In this document: in pieces, positions 62,330 through 64,000 of the stretch | Layout of the letters: each line of letters starts with the position of its first letter | Numbering within the stretch: the stretch's first letter is position 1 | DNA from: Haplodiscus bocki | Taxonomy: Eukaryota | Assembly: GCA_965655095.1 (NCBI GenBank) | Contig: OZ296656.1 | Coordinates: forward strand, 22,568,001-22,632,000 | Direction: 5' to 3' | DNA: 64,000 nucleotides | The notes under the pieces: generated by a model | The model's database searches: none | Told to the model about the DNA's origin: nothing | Seen by the model: only the letters and a program-made list of their open reading frames with translations | Made by a program: the position numbers and the translations under genes

Positions 62330-62903
62330 TTACATAACATTGCAAAGAGGTTCGTTAGCAATAACTCATTTACAGAAATCATTACATCAAATAAATAAAT
62401 AAATTCATCATGTTTATAGTTCACTTAAACAATTTGATTGAATTTTTTTCGTCTTTTCTTCTTCCAAACAATCGAACTTGAACGTATGAAGTCTCTGGCT
62501 TCTCCACATTGTAGCGCAGCATAGTCACTCAAATATTTCTGTGTGGTCGATCAACAACTTTTGCAACTTTGTGTGTAAGTTTGAGCTGCTCTTCCTTGTC
62601 TCTTGCTAGTAGTTTCACTAGCACAGGGGGCAGATTTTCCTCTTTGTTGAAGTCTCTGACTGCAACAACTAGCTGATTTTTCAGTCGAATAAACTGATTA
62701 AAGTCTGCCTCTCCCATTGTCAAATTTCGTGCCAGTCGAAATTGTTTGTTCTCGTCCCTCTTGAACAATTTGAGTTTCACGTGCAAGTAGTCGAAAGAGT
62801 TTTTGGACCAAGAAATTTGTCCAAATCTGTCTTGACATTTGCCAAAGTTCACATAGTCGCTGCAAGCCAGTTTGTCCAAGGTTGCTGTAGTGTTGTAGGT
62901 CAT
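62330..62903 (-). pseudogene. tandem PC4-like ssDNA-binding protein
   Basis: Two similar units: YLHVKLKLFKRDENKQFRLARNLTMGEADFNQF and YVQVRLFGRRKDEKKFNQIV*VNYKHDEF. Confidence 0.5.
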
Positions 62904-63371
62904 TTAAGATTCAATTTTGTTGTTTGGAGAAGTGAGAAGAAGAAAAACAACTTCATTCTAGAGAAAAGAGTGAAATAATGAATATTGGAGATAAACAAAC
63001 TGGTATTTATAGTCAATCTGATAAGGCATGATTTCCTTTTATGGGATTTTTTCCATATATGGAATATTCCGACCATTTCAGTCGATTGTGCATGCAAGGG
63101 AGCGACAGCAGTAGGGAGCCGTAGGCGTGGGACATTTCTATATATGTATGTAGTTTCCATATTAGATAATAGTCTTCGTAATTCAAAAATTTCGCGTTTT
63201 GAGATTCATTTTGTCAATTTTTACCGCAGCATTCATATGGCAGCCCCTATGTTACAAACAAAACCCAGCTTTCCGGAAAAATTTCAGAAAAAAGTCTCTT
63301 TGTTTCTGCAATAATATATGAAAAAAAATTGCCTGTAAAGACTACTGCATCGCCCATCACTTCGATAAAAC

Positions 63372-63731
63372 GTGTTTTTACCCGCTTGTAAATATCACAT
63401 TATATTACCTGGAGAAATTGAGGAATTGCTACATAACTTGGATAAATTTTGTTTCATCTATCAACAGGTGGACTGTCTTTTTACCCTAATCAAGTACCGC
63501 TTCAATGGAAAAATTAATGCGAAGAGTGGAAATGTGTTTGACAATGTGCACAGAGCAATCTCCTTTAACCAAAGAAACAGAGGAGTGGACAAAATGCCGA
63601 GTATTGCAAAAAAGAGGCTCTTGAGAAAAAAGTTTAAACAACATTTTATGAGTGCTCTCCAAAAAGAACAAATCAACGCAGACCAGTGGTTCAGTGTTTG
63701 CAGAAAGAGTTGGAAAAGCCAAAATGACTAA
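63372..63731 (+). CDS. hypothetical protein, first ORF of a divergently oriented arm
   Basis: 119-aa open frame after a ~470-bp intergenic region; no recognised motif. Confidence 0.35.
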   Translation: MFLPACKYHIILPGEIEELLHNLDKFCFIYQQVDCLFTLIKYRFNGKINAKSGNVFDNVHRAISFNQRNRGVDKMPSIAKKRLLRKKFKQHFMSALQKEQINADQWFSVCRKSWKSQND

Positions 63732-64000
63732 ATTTGAATTGGAACTAATAAAAATCGTAGATTGTTTTCTTGATGGTCATGGTAGTTATGATAGTAATTT
63801 AGTAACTTTTAAAATAAAATCTTTATAACAAACAATATTTTTTGTTACAGTTAGTAAGAGTAATGAGTGTTCCCAACGAAAACAAATTAATTGTTACAAA
63901 TGAGGTTCCAAATTAAAAAGTTTGAATTCTTGTCAGATTTTAAAACAAAATTTTCACAATATGTCAGATTTCAAATCAAAAATTTTACAAAGTGTCAGAT

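Larger units (their letters stand above)
54676..64000 (-). mobile_element. Polinton/Maverick (adintovirus-like endogenous virus), decayed, continuing past the window
   Basis: Co-oriented protease, MCP, mCP, rve integrase and A32-type ATPase genes; repeat-rich terminal region; pPolB not seen in the window. Confidence 0.93.

Noticed and set aside
62900-64000. Protein-primed DNA polymerase B
   Set aside because: No PolB motifs within the window; expected further right.

Overview
Eukaryotic (probably invertebrate), AT-rich, repeat-dense DNA made almost entirely of nested, decayed mobile elements; no intact host gene is evident. All calls come from reading and aligning the sequence by eye. (1) Four copies (D, A, C, B) of one Ty3/Gypsy LTR-retrotransposon lineage. 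Their LTRs start TGTCGC, the 3' LTRs follow a polypurine tract, and the gag ORF begins about 400 nt inside the LTR. Where env would normally sit, copies A, B and C carry a cargo cassette: a large antisense, intron-containing gene with a CxxC..H..H zinc finger that looks like a catalytically altered hAT transposase, plus small sense ORFs on the other side of a shared promoter-like region. This is the best candidate for an undescribed system. (2) Two non-autonomous CACTA/EnSpm-like elements (CCCGRGTCGAA termini, 2-bp TSD) carrying 31-bp, ~350-bp and ~175-bp tandem repeats. (3) A decayed LINE with a 2A-like motif, PHD remnant, APE endonuclease, RT and C2H2 fingers. (4) From ~54.7 kb to the window end, a decayed Polinton/Maverick (adintovirus-like) endogenous virus with protease, major and minor capsid, core-like protein, integrase, packaging ATPase, and exonuclease-, PLA2- and PC4-like genes. 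It appears inserted into Gypsy copy B and has a Pol III A/B-box pair near its left end.
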